Assembly: GCA_000092065.1 (NCBI GenBank)
Contig: CP000587.1
Source: Ostreococcus lucimarinus
Taxonomy: Eukaryota
Strand: one strand, 5' to 3'
DNA: 64,000 nucleotides
Shown: piece after piece, positions 9,593 to 20,500 of the stretch
Layout of the letters: each line of letters starts with the position of its first letter
Numbering within the stretch: the first letter of the stretch is position 1
The notes under the pieces: model-generated
Seen by the model: only the letters and a program-made list of their open reading frames with translations
What the model was told of the DNA's origin: nothing
Databases searched by the model: none
Made by a program: the position numbers and the translations under genes

Positions 9593-10420
9593 TTACGTGC
9601 CGAAGGCGCGGTCGCCGGCGTCGCCGAGTCCGGGGACGACGTAGCCGTCGTCGTTCAAGACCTCGTCGATCATCGCCGCGTACACGCGGAGGCCCGGATA
9701 TCGCTCGCTAAGTTGAGTCAACGCCGGTGGAGAGGCGACGACGCAGATGATTCGAATGTTGGACGGAGATGCGCCTCGGGAGACGATTTCTTCGACGGCG
9801 GCGACGATGGTGCCGCCCGTGGCCAACATCGGGTCGCTAATCAACACTTGCGCGTCTTCCGCGAACGACGCGGGGAGCTTGTTGAGGTACATCTTCGGTT
9901 CGAGCGTCTTTTCGTCGCGCACGTACCCGAGATGATGCGTCACGCTCGACGGAAGCACGCTCGCCGATTCCTCCAAGAGCGTCAACCCGGCGCGTAAAAT
10001 CGGCACCACCGCCACCGGTTTCTCGGGGTTCACGAATTCAACGTCCGCGATCGCCAGCGGTCCCTGCACTTGCGCCTCGAACGTTGGCAACCAATCTCTG
10101 CCGCACTCGTAAATCAGAATCCGTCCAATCTCCGCCATGGCGGCTCGGAAAATCGGCGTCGGCGTCTGCACGTTTCTCGCCACCCCCAACCAGTGCTTCA
10201 ACAGCGGATGCGGCGGCACGAGCACGAGCATCTGATTCGGATTCGGCTGCGCGCGCGGCGGCGCGTCCTCGCTTCCCTCCCCCGCGCTCGCGCGCGCGCG
10301 CGTCGCGCGTCGCGCGAGAGGTCCCACCGCGCCCACCGTCCCACTCCCGTTCGCGCTTCGGCGCGCGCGCACCGTCAGCGCGCGCGTCGCGCGCGCTTCG
10401 AGCGACATCGCGAGCGACAT
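9593..10420 (-). CDS. UPP: uracil phosphoribosyltransferase (plastid-type UPP) with an N-terminal transit-peptide-like region
   Basis: Core MLVLVPPHPLLKHWLGVARNVQTP...VVPILRAGLTLLE...ISDPMLATGGTIVAAVEEIVSRGA...YVVPGLGDAGDRAFGT is canonical UPRT. The track ORF extends to 10807 through Arg-rich sequence and overlaps IspD. The internal Met at 10418-10420 (MSLAMSLEARATRAL...) leaves a ~70-aa presequence, as in plant plastid UPP. Confidence 0.8.
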   Translation of the reverse strand: MSLAMSLEARATRALTVRARRSANGSGTVGAVGPLARRATRARASAGEGSEDAPPRAQPNPNQMLVLVPPHPLLKHWLGVARNVQTPTPIFRAAMAEIGRILIYECGRDWLPTFEAQVQGPLAIADVEFVNPEKPVAVVPILRAGLTLLEESASVLPSSVTHHLGYVRDEKTLEPKMYLNKLPASFAEDAQVLISDPMLATGGTIVAAVEEIVSRGASPSNIRIICVVASPPALTQLSERYPGLRVYAAMIDEVLNDDGYVVPGLGDAGDRAFGT

Positions 10421-10577
10421 GCGTTTCGTTCGCGGCGAAAGAGCGTCGTTCGCGGCGCGAGACGCGCGCGCGCGTCGCACAGTGCGCCGATGTCCCGTTG
10501 GATAATGGATAAAGCGTTTTCGCACTTTTCGCCGCACTCGTCGCCTCGCCGAGCGCGCGCGCGCACGCCTCGCGACC
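10421..10577. promoter_or_regulatory. short divergent intergenic region, presumed bidirectional promoter, between UPRT (-) and IspD (+)
   Basis: About 157 bp between the two inferred start codons. Both products carry presequences expected for plastid targeting. Confidence 0.35.
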
Positions 10578-11405
10578 ATGCTCTCGCGAAGAGCGACCGT
10601 GATCGCGCCCGCGCGCGCGGCGCCCGAGAGCGCGCGACGCGTCGCGCGGACGCGCGCGCGGCGCGGCGCGAACGTCCGAACGCGCGCGGCGAGCGAGGTC
10701 ACGCAGGACGTCGCCGACGGCGCCGTGTCCTTCGTCCTGCTCGCGGGCGGCGTGGGCAAGCGCATGGGAGCGGACATGCCGAAGCAGTACCTGCCGCTCA
10801 TGGGCACGCCGATCGCGCTGTGGTCGCTTCGGAAGTTTGCGAAGATGGCTGAGGTCGGGGAGATCGTCGTCGTGTGCGACCCGAGCTACGACGACGTGTT
10901 TCAGAGCGAAGCGATCGATAAGCCGCTGGTGTTCGCGAGACCGGGGAAAGAGCGACAAGATAGTGTGTATAATGGCATGCAAGCGGCGCGGGCGGGGGCG
11001 GAGTTGTTGGCGATTCACGATAGCGCGCGACCGCTGTGCGCGGCGACGGATGCGAGGCGGTGCTTCAACGACGCGAAAAAGTACGGTGCGGCGGTTTTGG
11101 CGGTGCAGAGTAAGGCGACGATTAAGGAAGTGAATAAGGATTTGAGCATCGATAAGGGGCTCGATCGCAGTCGGCTTTGGGAGATGCAAACGCCGCAAGT
11201 GATGCGACCCGAGTTGTTGCGAGCGGGATACGATCTCGTGAATAGTAAGGGACTTGAGGTGACGGACGATGTATCCATCGTCGAAGCCTTAGGTGAGCGC
11301 GTGCAAGTGACGCCGGGGAGTTATTTCAACTTGAAGGTCACGACGCCGGAGGACATGTTCATCGCGGAACGGCTGATGACGGAGCAGGGCGACGCCGTCG
11401 CATAA
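10578..11405 (+). CDS. ISPD: 2-C-methyl-D-erythritol 4-phosphate cytidylyltransferase (IspD, MEP pathway) with N-terminal presequence
   Basis: VSFVLLAGGVGKRMGADMPKQYLPLMGTPIALWSL...VVVCDPSY...LAIHDSARPL...VTPGSYFNLKVTTPEDM is the IspD family signature. Stop taa at 11403-11405. Confidence 0.85.
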   Translation: MLSRRATVIAPARAAPESARRVARTRARRGANVRTRAASEVTQDVADGAVSFVLLAGGVGKRMGADMPKQYLPLMGTPIALWSLRKFAKMAEVGEIVVVCDPSYDDVFQSEAIDKPLVFARPGKERQDSVYNGMQAARAGAELLAIHDSARPLCAATDARRCFNDAKKYGAAVLAVQSKATIKEVNKDLSIDKGLDRSRLWEMQTPQVMRPELLRAGYDLVNSKGLEVTDDVSIVEALGERVQVTPGSYFNLKVTTPEDMFIAERLMTEQGDAVA

Positions 11406-11505
11406 ATAATTCTAATTCGCGCGAGATAATAAACAGTACCGGTAAAGTTGCACTCTCTAAACGAGACAGTAAAACTTGTCGATCTCGCGACCGCGCTCGC
11501 TGAAT

Positions 11506-12249
11506 TCACTTTTTCGCGCACTCGTACTCGACGTCGCCCGAGCATTGCTTCGTGACGGAGTCGTCCAAGGCGTGCGTGTGCGGGAAGAAAGCGCTCCCAT
11601 TCAATTTGAGCTCTTGTTCAAGCGCGCGCGAATCGACGACGAGGGTTCCACATCGGCGTCCACGCCGACAGCACTCGCACTCTTCGTCGTCGTCATTCGC
11701 TGTGAGCAAGTAAAGACCGAGTAAAACGAGAAATGAAATCGTAAAAGCCAGCGCCAATTGCCCGAGCGCACCGTCGCATATTTCGTAAGAGAATTCGATG
11801 ACGTCCCCGTCCCACCATCGCCGATCGACGATACCGAAAGGCTCAACGTCAAACGAAGTCACGAAATCAATATCACGCGGCCCGAATCGACGTGGAAAGT
11901 GCTCGTGGGAAGTGATTGTCGATCCCCCGTGAAACGCCAAATCGAGAACTTCGAGAACTGTCGCGTCGTCGACGGTGACGTCCCGCGACGCGTCGTCCAT
12001 CGACGACTCGGACCAATCCGCGCCGTCCAAACGAAAAGGGTCTTCGATCATCGTCAAGGTCACGATCGCCTCGGCGTTTAATGGATCGATGGTGTCGTCG
12101 GGTGTCGTCGCTGAATCGTCGGGTACAACGGAACTTGAACCGACAAAGTTGGTTCCATCGGTATCTTGAGACGCCGCGAGCGCGGCGAGCGCGAGCGCGA
12201 GCGCGAGCGCGAGACCCGCGCGAGATCGGCCGACCATTTTGTACGCCAT
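11506..12249 (-). CDS. hypothetical type-I membrane protein (signal peptide plus C-terminal TM and Cys-rich cytosolic tail)
   Basis: The ORF runs to 12411, but Met at 12247-12249 starts MAYKMVGRSRAGLALALALALAALAASQD, a signal-peptide-like sequence encoded by a (gcgagc)n repeat. C-terminal TM LALAFTISFLVLLGLYLLTA followed by ECECCRRGRRC. Confidence 0.45.
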   Translation of the reverse strand: MAYKMVGRSRAGLALALALALAALAASQDTDGTNFVGSSSVVPDDSATTPDDTIDPLNAEAIVTLTMIEDPFRLDGADWSESSMDDASRDVTVDDATVLEVLDLAFHGGSTITSHEHFPRRFGPRDIDFVTSFDVEPFGIVDRRWWDGDVIEFSYEICDGALGQLALAFTISFLVLLGLYLLTANDDDEECECCRRGRRCGTLVVDSRALEQELKLNGSAFFPHTHALDDSVTKQCSGDVEYECAKK

Positions 12250-12523
12250 GCTCGCGCTCACCTCGACCGTCGACGCGCGCGAGTGTGAGAAATCTTCCAC
12301 GTAAGCGTTTCTCGTCGTCTCAAACTCCGACGAAACGACGCGACTCGCGTCGAACGCGCGCGCCGCGCGCCGATCGAGACGCGCTCCACCGAACGCCACC
12401 GCGCGATTCATCGCGCATCGCTCGCGTCGCGCGCGCGTTCGCGCTCGCGCGCATCACTCATTTTAATCATCACAACGCGTCGACGCGGCGTCGCGGCGAC
12501 TTCGACGTTCGCTCGCCGCGCGT

Positions 12524-13039
12524 TTACGATTCCCCATCCTTCTTCGCCGCTTTCTTCGCGTCCCTCGCCGCGCGCTTCGCCGCCAGCGCCGCCTTCTTCT
12601 CCTCCCTCTCCCTCGCCTTTTGCGTTTCCCTCGCCGCCGCGTCTCGCGCCCCCTCGTCCGTCGTCTTCCCGTCCAGTCGCGGCCGCGTCTTCGGCGCTCG
12701 CGCGCCCACCGCGTGATCCCTCGGCAGCAGCGCCGCCGTCCCGGCGCCGCCGCCCGACCACCCGACCATCGTCGAGTCGCACACGACGCCCTCGCTCACG
12801 ACGCCGCCGACGCGTCGCGCCGTCACGCGCGTGCCGTCGCGCAGCGTCGCGCCCGCGCGCGCGACGACGATTTTCTTTCCGACGTCGACGTTCGGCGCGT
12901 TCGTCGCGATCTTCAGCGGCGCGTCGCCGCCGCAGTCGATCGTCAGCAGTCGGAGGGCGTCGTGGCCGTCGATCGCGACGCGGGCGAGGATCTCGCCGCA
13001 GCACAGCGGCGCGCCGTCGTCGTCGTCGTCGTCGGACAT
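12524..13039 (-). CDS. small tRNA-binding OB-fold (Myf/Trbp111/EMAP-II-like) domain protein with poly-Asp N-terminus and Lys/Ala-rich C-terminal tail
   Basis: 171 aa. ILARVAIDGHDALRLLTIDCGGDAPLKIATNAPNVDVGKKIVVARAGATLRDG..VTARRVGGVVSEGVVCDSTMVGW matches the tRNA-binding domain of Arc1p/EMAP-II/Trbp111/MetRS C-terminus. The tail AALAAKRAARDAKKAAKK is typical of nucleic-acid-binding appendices. Confidence 0.65.
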   Translation of the reverse strand: MSDDDDDDGAPLCCGEILARVAIDGHDALRLLTIDCGGDAPLKIATNAPNVDVGKKIVVARAGATLRDGTRVTARRVGGVVSEGVVCDSTMVGWSGGGAGTAALLPRDHAVGARAPKTRPRLDGKTTDEGARDAAARETQKAREREEKKAALAAKRAARDAKKAAKKDGES

Positions 13040-13241
13040 TTAATTTAAGAATCGATTCGCGTCGACGAATGACGACAGTGCGCGACGCTGCGCGACGACG
13101 CGCGCGCGGCGACGCGACGCGTCGGTGGATGCGCCGCAGACGCGGCGAACGACGCGCGTCGCGCGTCGCCGCGACGCGAGACGCGCGCGAAAAGCGGTGA
13201 TTCATTGACGCATTTGGAATTCGCGCAAAAGACGCGGAAAG

Positions 13242-16200
13242 ATGGCGGTGGGAACGCGACGGGAGCGCGATGCGTCGCGAATGTCGCGCGCGCACGACGC
13301 GGATGACGCCGCGGACGCGCGACCGTGGCGATGGCGGCGATGCGGGACGTTTCACGCGTCCGAGGGAGGGATTTGGGGGACGAGCGGGACGACGACGGCG
13401 CGCGCGGCGACGCGATGGGAAAACGCGCCGCTGGAGGGGTTCGGTTTGCGCTTCGCGAGCGATGCGGAGGAGGAGACGACGACGCGCGCGCGAGCGTTGG
13501 AGGCGTGCGCGAGAGAAACGCTCGGAGAGGGCGGGTTGACGAATGAGATGTTGGAGGAGACGGCGCGCGCGACGACGACGCCGAGCGCGGCGAGCGACGA
13601 CGCGGCGACGATTTCGAACATCGAGACGCGGTTGGCGTCGACGCGCGCGATGTTGAGGGGATTGGGCGTCGATGAAGCGAAAACGAAAGCGGTGATGGCG
13701 CGGGCGATGGACGCGTGGGGAGGGGAGATTCGAGAACGCGAACGAATCGTCGACGCGCTGGAGACGCGCTTGCTCGAGGGAGACGAGGACGAGGAGGCGT
13801 TGAATTACATCTTGCGTCGTGCGGTGGCGCGGTTGAGGGTTTTGAAGACGAGTGGAGCTCGTTCGAGGGTCGGCTTGCGGGCGTGTGTGGCGAGCGCGAC
13901 GGCGTCCGTCGCCGCGGCGTCCACCACCGCGGCCGTCGCGGCAAAGTCTACGCCCATCGCGAAGAAAGGCCGCGGTGGAATGTTCTCTTGCTGCGGCGCA
14001 GATTCGACGGCGATCGATGACGACGCTCAAGAGCTCGCGTACGCGCCTTCGGAAAGTGCAGCCGTTGAATGCGAACCGCTTACTTGCGTCGTACGTCTTT
14101 CACGCGTTGGGGAAGAAACGGCGAGCGCATACTCGTCGACATCTCGCGCATACTCGTCGACATCTCGCGCATCTTCGCGAGAAGGAGGCGTTTTGTTCAA
14201 CGCCACGACTCCGTTATTGACCGTTTCCGAAGATGACACGATTGAGTTCAACTTTTACGCGGGCGACGCGCACGAATCCGTCGACGAGAGTGCAGTCGAT
14301 GCGAATGATAGGATGCGCGCCAACGCCGTCATGTCGCCGCACGTCGGGGAAACAAGTGGCAAGATTAGAGGAAGCGCCACCATTTGTGTCGCAGATTTAG
14401 CAGAGACGACGAGAAAAGACGAACCGCACGTGCTCACGATTTTCATCGAGCGGCCGAAGAGTGGAGGGTCACCGGGTCAGGTCTACGGTAAAGCAATCGT
14501 ACGCATTGACAAGTTCGTCGAATCGTTTGACGACGGAACGACGCAGATCGCGACGGCGAAGGGCGACGTTCTGAAAGATGCCGCCGTGCTTTTCGCGGCG
14601 CTCGACAAGTCGAGTGTGCCAAATGTAAAACAGCTTGTGCGCAGCTTCGTGGATCAGCGCGGCGCATGCCCGTCCATTGCTGCACTGGCCGAAATGATTA
14701 CGCTTTGCATTGATTGGCGACTCGAACGCCCGCAACTTGATAGATTACGCCACTGCACAATGGAAGTGTTCGCGGCAATTGCGGTGAATCGAATTACGGC
14801 GAGTGAGAAGCAGCGGTTTGACGAACTTTCCGCGCTCATGTCGAAACAACTAGAAACAGAGCTGTGCAATATTTTGCCGACGGCAAAAGTCGCCGAGCAA
14901 GAACTCGTCGATGTGCTTGACATGGAGTATTCTGCCAGTATCGCCCGCGCGATCATTCCATTATTTGCTTTGACCCTTGGGAGCATTTCAGCCACTCGGC
15001 TCGTGTTGCGGTTGAAAAAGGTCGTTCGCGAGGCCATGCGTAAACGTTGTGTCGAGCACATGGTGAGGGAAAATCCGACAAAGGGCCCTCCCACGGTTGC
15101 GTGCGTGACGTCTATGATATGCAAACTCACCAAACGTTTGCCGCTCGACGCTGCGATTTTATCGCAGTTTCCGTCCGAAGTAGAAGCTCTTTCGGAGGCT
15201 GCGTCGGCGTCGAGTGCTTTCATCGCAAACATTATTACTGAAGTATTTCAGGCGATCGCGAGCATGCGTAGCCCGCCTGATTACGACTCCGGGATGATGG
15301 CACTAGACGATGCGCTGTGCGCGCACAGGAGGGCATTAAAGCGATATGATTTGGTGCTTGCTATGCAGCCGATTTCGTCCCGGTTCATCGATCGGCTCCT
15401 TCAGCCGGCTTTGGATGAAACGCTAGGCACAGTACACCATGCGCTGGTTGCGTGGGTCAAGCAAGAAATTGATGGCGAAAGAACAAATTTAGAGCCCGTG
15501 GACGTCGAAAGAGGAGCGATGCACAGTATGTCGTGCGTCAATCTTTTTTGTGTACTCTACAACATCGATAGAGCAGCGCAAGATCACATTCTTCACGGCG
15601 AAAGAGCGGCGTTCAACGCTACATCGTTGAGTCAAATGTGCTATGAAGTGTTTAAGACGTACGTCAATATTTATGAAAGAGCGTGCTTGGAGGCGATCCA
15701 GAACGCGCGCTTGCATTTGATGCAAGACTCAAAGGGGCAGAATACGAAGACGGCGAATGTTTCGGACGTAAAGTCTCTGATGGTTGGTAACTTTTACACG
15801 CGTCTAAGTAATATTCATCAGTGCATCCTCGCGATCGAACCGTTCATGGAAGAGATGCCGTTACTGTGGTGTTCGTCAAAGTCGGAGTTCGACGAGACAC
15901 TCAAGCGTCAAGCGAGCTCGGAGTATGGTATCGATGACGATCAAGTGATATTGTTTGAGGACGATGAAGTCCATGTCTTCGACGAGAAAAGAATGCTGGA
16001 TACTGATTTCTTCGCGAACAGAATTGTACAGAAACTTCGCACCGTTCGCGCAAACGTCATTGCGTCATTAACGGAGTTGATCGAAGAACGGATTGCACCG
16101 TTTATTCGTGTCGCTATTCTTGACAAGGAAGAAAAGACACGTTCTGCGGCGGTACGCATAGTCTTCATGATGATTGACTCGGAGCTCAAGCTTATGAACG

Positions 16201-17498
16201 AGAGGCTTGCGCCAGGGGCGTTTCGACTGGCGTTGTCTTCGATGCACAAAGGGGTGTGTGATGCGATCGAACAACTCATCCTACACAGACCGATAGAGGA
16301 GGGAGCGCTAGAAGCCAGTGAGCGTTGGAGAGGATTACCAACGCTCACAGAAATGCAACATTCCTTAGTCGTCGAGCTCATGGCAGATGTCAGAGAATTC
16401 TTCCACTGCGACGGTGCCGGCGAGCCTGAGTCAATTCTCAAGGATGGCGAAGGCAGACTGCGCCGTTTGTTGAATTTATGGTTTACGCCCACGATCGAGA
16501 TTATGCGAGAATTCTGGCAGTTGAAAGAAGTATTGTCCCGATCGATCGTTTCGGCGCATGGCAAACAAATCCGACTGCGGTCGATCGGTGGAGTGGCCGT
16601 TCAAGACATCTTGCGCTTTTTGCGTCAGCGTTCAAACGACGCAACAGCAATGGATCTTTACAACGAACAGAGCATGCTGATTACGAAAATGAGTCTAAAA
16701 GCACTCTTTGGCGAACAGTTAATGAGTATCGACTCTTTACTCGGTGCCTGGGTTTGCCGCGATGGTTCTGGCTTAATAGGACGATTCTACATCACGGCTA
16801 CGCAATTGGCGTTTTCGACATCTGGAATGAGCATCGATCACCCGCACGACAGCCAGACAGCGGTCGTCCGAGAGATTCGCAGAATCGCGAACATCTCGCG
16901 TATCGATGCTGCTGATGGTACGCCTGGGCTTCGCATCACATTCGACGATCGTCGATCATTCACTTTCAGTGAATTCGGTGGAATGCACACCGAGTTAAAC
17001 ATTCAAGCTCGAGAGAGGGATTCGTGCGTCGCGGTGATTCGCACGAATCCTTGCTTCTTGCAGCGTCCGGTATTCATGCACGATATTCAAGTCGCACAAA
17101 TTTCAGATCATGCGTGCGAGACTTTAGATGAGGTTGTCAGCGTAGAAACGGCGCAGCGAATGGAGCCACCCACTCTGCCGGCGGATGAGGAAGTGATCGC
17201 CACGTGCGTCTGCGCGCGTGCGAACGGCTTAGCACGCGACTTGGGGAAGTTTACGGTGGCGAGCCAATCGTGCGTGTTTTTACCAGTCAACGGGTCAGGT
17301 CGTGGAGTGTTGTATAAGACTATGACGTCAACGAAGAGGATGCCACAGTTGCGGCCATTCGGTTGGAAGAATGCTGATATCATCATCCCGATACGACATT
17401 ACGAAGAACCCGTGTTGCGCTTGACGGGGATGACGCTCGTTGAAGCCCAGTCGGTTTTCGACGCACTGTCGAGCGCCATTACCGCTTACAAAAGTTAG
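13242..17498 (+). CDS. large uncharacterised protein (1418 aa); possible C2-like region, long helical middle, C-terminal PH/GRAM-like domain
   Basis: Uninterrupted 4.26-kb ORF with ordinary, lower-GC composition. C2-like stretch HVLTIFIERPKSGGSPGQVYGKAIVRIDKF. C-terminal LIGRFYITATQLAFSTSGMSI...GLRITFDDRRSFTFSEFG resembles PH/GRAM folds. The N-terminal 300 aa are low-complexity, so the true start may be downstream. Confidence 0.6.
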   Translation: MAVGTRRERDASRMSRAHDADDAADARPWRWRRCGTFHASEGGIWGTSGTTTARAATRWENAPLEGFGLRFASDAEEETTTRARALEACARETLGEGGLTNEMLEETARATTTPSAASDDAATISNIETRLASTRAMLRGLGVDEAKTKAVMARAMDAWGGEIRERERIVDALETRLLEGDEDEEALNYILRRAVARLRVLKTSGARSRVGLRACVASATASVAAASTTAAVAAKSTPIAKKGRGGMFSCCGADSTAIDDDAQELAYAPSESAAVECEPLTCVVRLSRVGEETASAYSSTSRAYSSTSRASSREGGVLFNATTPLLTVSEDDTIEFNFYAGDAHESVDESAVDANDRMRANAVMSPHVGETSGKIRGSATICVADLAETTRKDEPHVLTIFIERPKSGGSPGQVYGKAIVRIDKFVESFDDGTTQIATAKGDVLKDAAVLFAALDKSSVPNVKQLVRSFVDQRGACPSIAALAEMITLCIDWRLERPQLDRLRHCTMEVFAAIAVNRITASEKQRFDELSALMSKQLETELCNILPTAKVAEQELVDVLDMEYSASIARAIIPLFALTLGSISATRLVLRLKKVVREAMRKRCVEHMVRENPTKGPPTVACVTSMICKLTKRLPLDAAILSQFPSEVEALSEAASASSAFIANIITEVFQAIASMRSPPDYDSGMMALDDALCAHRRALKRYDLVLAMQPISSRFIDRLLQPALDETLGTVHHALVAWVKQEIDGERTNLEPVDVERGAMHSMSCVNLFCVLYNIDRAAQDHILHGERAAFNATSLSQMCYEVFKTYVNIYERACLEAIQNARLHLMQDSKGQNTKTANVSDVKSLMVGNFYTRLSNIHQCILAIEPFMEEMPLLWCSSKSEFDETLKRQASSEYGIDDDQVILFEDDEVHVFDEKRMLDTDFFANRIVQKLRTVRANVIASLTELIEERIAPFIRVAILDKEEKTRSAAVRIVFMMIDSELKLMNERLAPGAFRLALSSMHKGVCDAIEQLILHRPIEEGALEASERWRGLPTLTEMQHSLVVELMADVREFFHCDGAGEPESILKDGEGRLRRLLNLWFTPTIEIMREFWQLKEVLSRSIVSAHGKQIRLRSIGGVAVQDILRFLRQRSNDATAMDLYNEQSMLITKMSLKALFGEQLMSIDSLLGAWVCRDGSGLIGRFYITATQLAFSTSGMSIDHPHDSQTAVVREIRRIANISRIDAADGTPGLRITFDDRRSFTFSEFGGMHTELNIQARERDSCVAVIRTNPCFLQRPVFMHDIQVAQISDHACETLDEVVSVETAQRMEPPTLPADEEVIATCVCARANGLARDLGKFTVASQSCVFLPVNGSGRGVLYKTMTSTKRMPQLRPFGWKNADIIIPIRHYEEPVLRLTGMTLVEAQSVFDALSSAITAYKS

Positions 17499-17575
17499 AC
17501 GTCAAAAACGCGAAAGAACAGCAGAGTAGCGGTGTGATATATCATTATGTAGTCGTAGCAAATCGTGTTTCATAT

Positions 17576-20500
17576 CTACGCTGCGTCCAATTCAACAGTC
17601 AACACGGCGAGGTTGTCGTTTATGATGGATGAGTACGTTTCGACGGCATCTGGCAAAATCTCTTCGAGCGCTGAAATGAGCTTTTGCGTTTGTTTGAGCC
17701 AGTCGATTGCTTCCTTCGTTCGCATCGATCTCTCATGTCGAACGGCACGGTTGAAACAAGTTGAGAGCAACCACTGCGCTTCCACTGGGGGATATGAAGG
17801 ATGCAGTGCGAGGAACTCTTCGGCCGAGTCGTAAAGCGAGTGAATCACGTCGTCTTTGCTTTTGTACACTCGCGAAGCGAGTTGAATTTGTTTACGCATT
17901 AATCGCGCGATGAGAGCAACGTCTTGAATCAAATACTTCTTCATAGCTTTCCCAACCGCTTCATATGCTCTCGAAACGGTGACCAAATCAGACGTTCTCA
18001 TCGCCGCGCCGCGGTCGGCAATCATCAAGAGCGTGTTTATTGAAGCTTCGTCATCCAACGTCTTTGTCGATAATATTTCGATTATTTTGCCTTGCAACGC
18101 GACGTCACGCTGGGCGCAAGCGATTTCATATTCAAGGACACTCGCAACCTTTCGCAACTCTTCGTACCTTTCCTCTTCAGCGTTTTTCAACAAGCTGTGG
18201 AGATTGGCCATCGCACCCTTTGAGCGGGCGATATTCTTCGCTTCGCGTTCTTTCCGAGATTGTTCGTCTCCTACATCAGTAGCTGGGTTATAGCTGGTGA
18301 GCGATGCGATGGACAACAGAAGCGCGACTGCTTGTCGATAGCCATACTCTGCACGATCGTCTGCATCCAAACCTTCTGGAATCTTGTTTAATTTGGAAAT
18401 CACAAGCGCACATAAAAACATAAACTGATAGGCCGCTTCTGTTTCTGACGACTTTTCGTACGCGTCGAGGCCAGTATTCCACGAAAAGTCGGCGAGATAC
18501 CGTGCCTGTCGAACATCTGTGAGAAGATTCAAATTCGACGCTCGCTTCATGAACTCGCTGAACAACTCGGCTGATTCAGAAAACGTCTTCGAGTCAAAGT
18601 CACCCATTTTGGCCATTTTTACGTGTCGCAGATAACTGCAAAATATAAAAGTCTCTTGCTTCATCATATTATCGGTACCCATATTGTTCAAAATCATATC
18701 GTAAAGGCTACGAAAAGCGTCTGCGGCCGTGGCGTGGTGCTTTGAGCCATCGAGTTCTCCCGCAACGTATAACAACGCATCAGATTCACCTGCCTTTGCA
18801 AACGTTCGAATCGATTCTCCCAGGCCCGAGACGTCGTCAGAAATGAGCTGAAACTTTACGTTCAACAATGTTGTGGACACATCCGTCGCGGTCTTGTCCG
18901 CCAGCAAACTTCGCAGCGACTCCTTTGCTTGTTCGATATCGCCATTCTCGAGATCGCACATCACTTGCAGCCGGATAACCGGTACCGCTGCGTTGCTCAC
19001 GGTCTTCGACTTTCTTTGTGACGATAATGGGAGCGTCATACCAAACAGTTTTCGTGCCAGTGAGTACTTATTTTGCATGTACATGTCAGATGCAGCGTTC
19101 CAGATGATGGCGTATGCACGAGATTGCCCGTCGCGAGAAAAACCGATTTCCTTGAAACTATCGGTATCTGTAAGAAGTCGATCCATATAAGACAGAACAT
19201 CGTTTGCTACTTGTTCATCTACAGTGAGCGTCGTATCCAGTAGAGCTTCAAAGATATCAGTAATCATTTCTTGTCGTCTCGCCTTTGGACAGCCGCTCAG
19301 TCGTTTGGCGAGCGGAGCGATGCACGACGCAACGGCGCCAGCGCCGCATTCGCTCTTCGCCAGATTGACACAGCACGTATGGAGGACATTCACAACAGAG
19401 TTTTCATCGTTGAGTACATTTTCGAGTATGCTGCACGCTTTCGAAATCTCACCACTCCCTGAGAACGCTTCAATCAGCATGTTGTCCATGAGAAACGATT
19501 CGGTTAACGCCTGCAAATCGCGAGCCAAGACGTTATCACTATTTTCACACTTTTTCGCGTAAGACTTGATTATTTTCATTTTATCCAACACTTTAAGAGC
19601 CTCGTTGTACCTTCTTCCGTGAATGAATAGTCTGGCAAGGTTATGCAAGATGCGAATGTACAAACCATCGGCGCGAACCAGGCGGTGGTCCTCGCACACG
19701 AGTTTCTCATCTAAATCAAAGTGCGCCGCGTTATCTTGATGGGAAGACGTCGACCAAGAATTCGGAGTGATCGTGAACAAGTCGTAGTATGCTGCGATTA
19801 GCTCTTTGACGAGGAAACCAACTTTTCTGTCGAACACGGCTTCGTCATCTGCTGATTGAAGCTTTTCTGAAACCACGAAATTCTCAGCCAAGTTTATCTT
19901 CGCGCTGATCAATGTCGTTACGCACATAGTCTCATTTCCTTTATTCTTTTCGCTTTCAGAAAGCGATTTGGCGTCTTGAAAAAAGTCCCGAGCACCGGCG
20001 ACGTTGCCGAGATAAAAACAGTTCTTTGCGCGTGACGTGGCGGCTTCAATCGTCTGTAACATTGTCTCGGCGTCGAATTCGCCATTTCGGTTCAAGAACG
20101 AATTACCGTATGATTCACCGATCACGAACTGCTCTTCCGCCGCCTTGAACTCACCCGCATCGTGCAGCAACTTTGCGAGCGTCAAGTGATTTGAAATGCC
20201 GACAGCGAGACTCGAAATTTCAGGCGCCCCAGCGCTCACAGCGAAGCCATCCGCAAATCCCAACGCGGCGTCCAGCAACTCACACGCGAAGTACCTCAAA
20301 TCAAGCAACGGACCAATCATTTCCTTCTTCACAATCCCGCTTTCCGCCGTCGTCTCCAACGCCGTTTTCTCGATTGCGAAATTCCAGCATCGTTGCGACA
20401 TGTGCCTCGCTAAATCGCTCGCCTTCGTCGCATTCGTCGACCACAAATCTCGCAATCGCTCACTCACCCGCCGCACCTCACTCACCGTATTCGTCATCTC

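Noticed and set aside
9593-10807. A full-length 404-aa UPRT ORF overlapping the IspD 5' end by 230 bp.
   Set aside because: The upstream 129 codons are Arg-rich. The internal Met at 10418-10420 gives a plant-like plastid presequence and removes the overlap. The overlap is an ORF-extension artefact.
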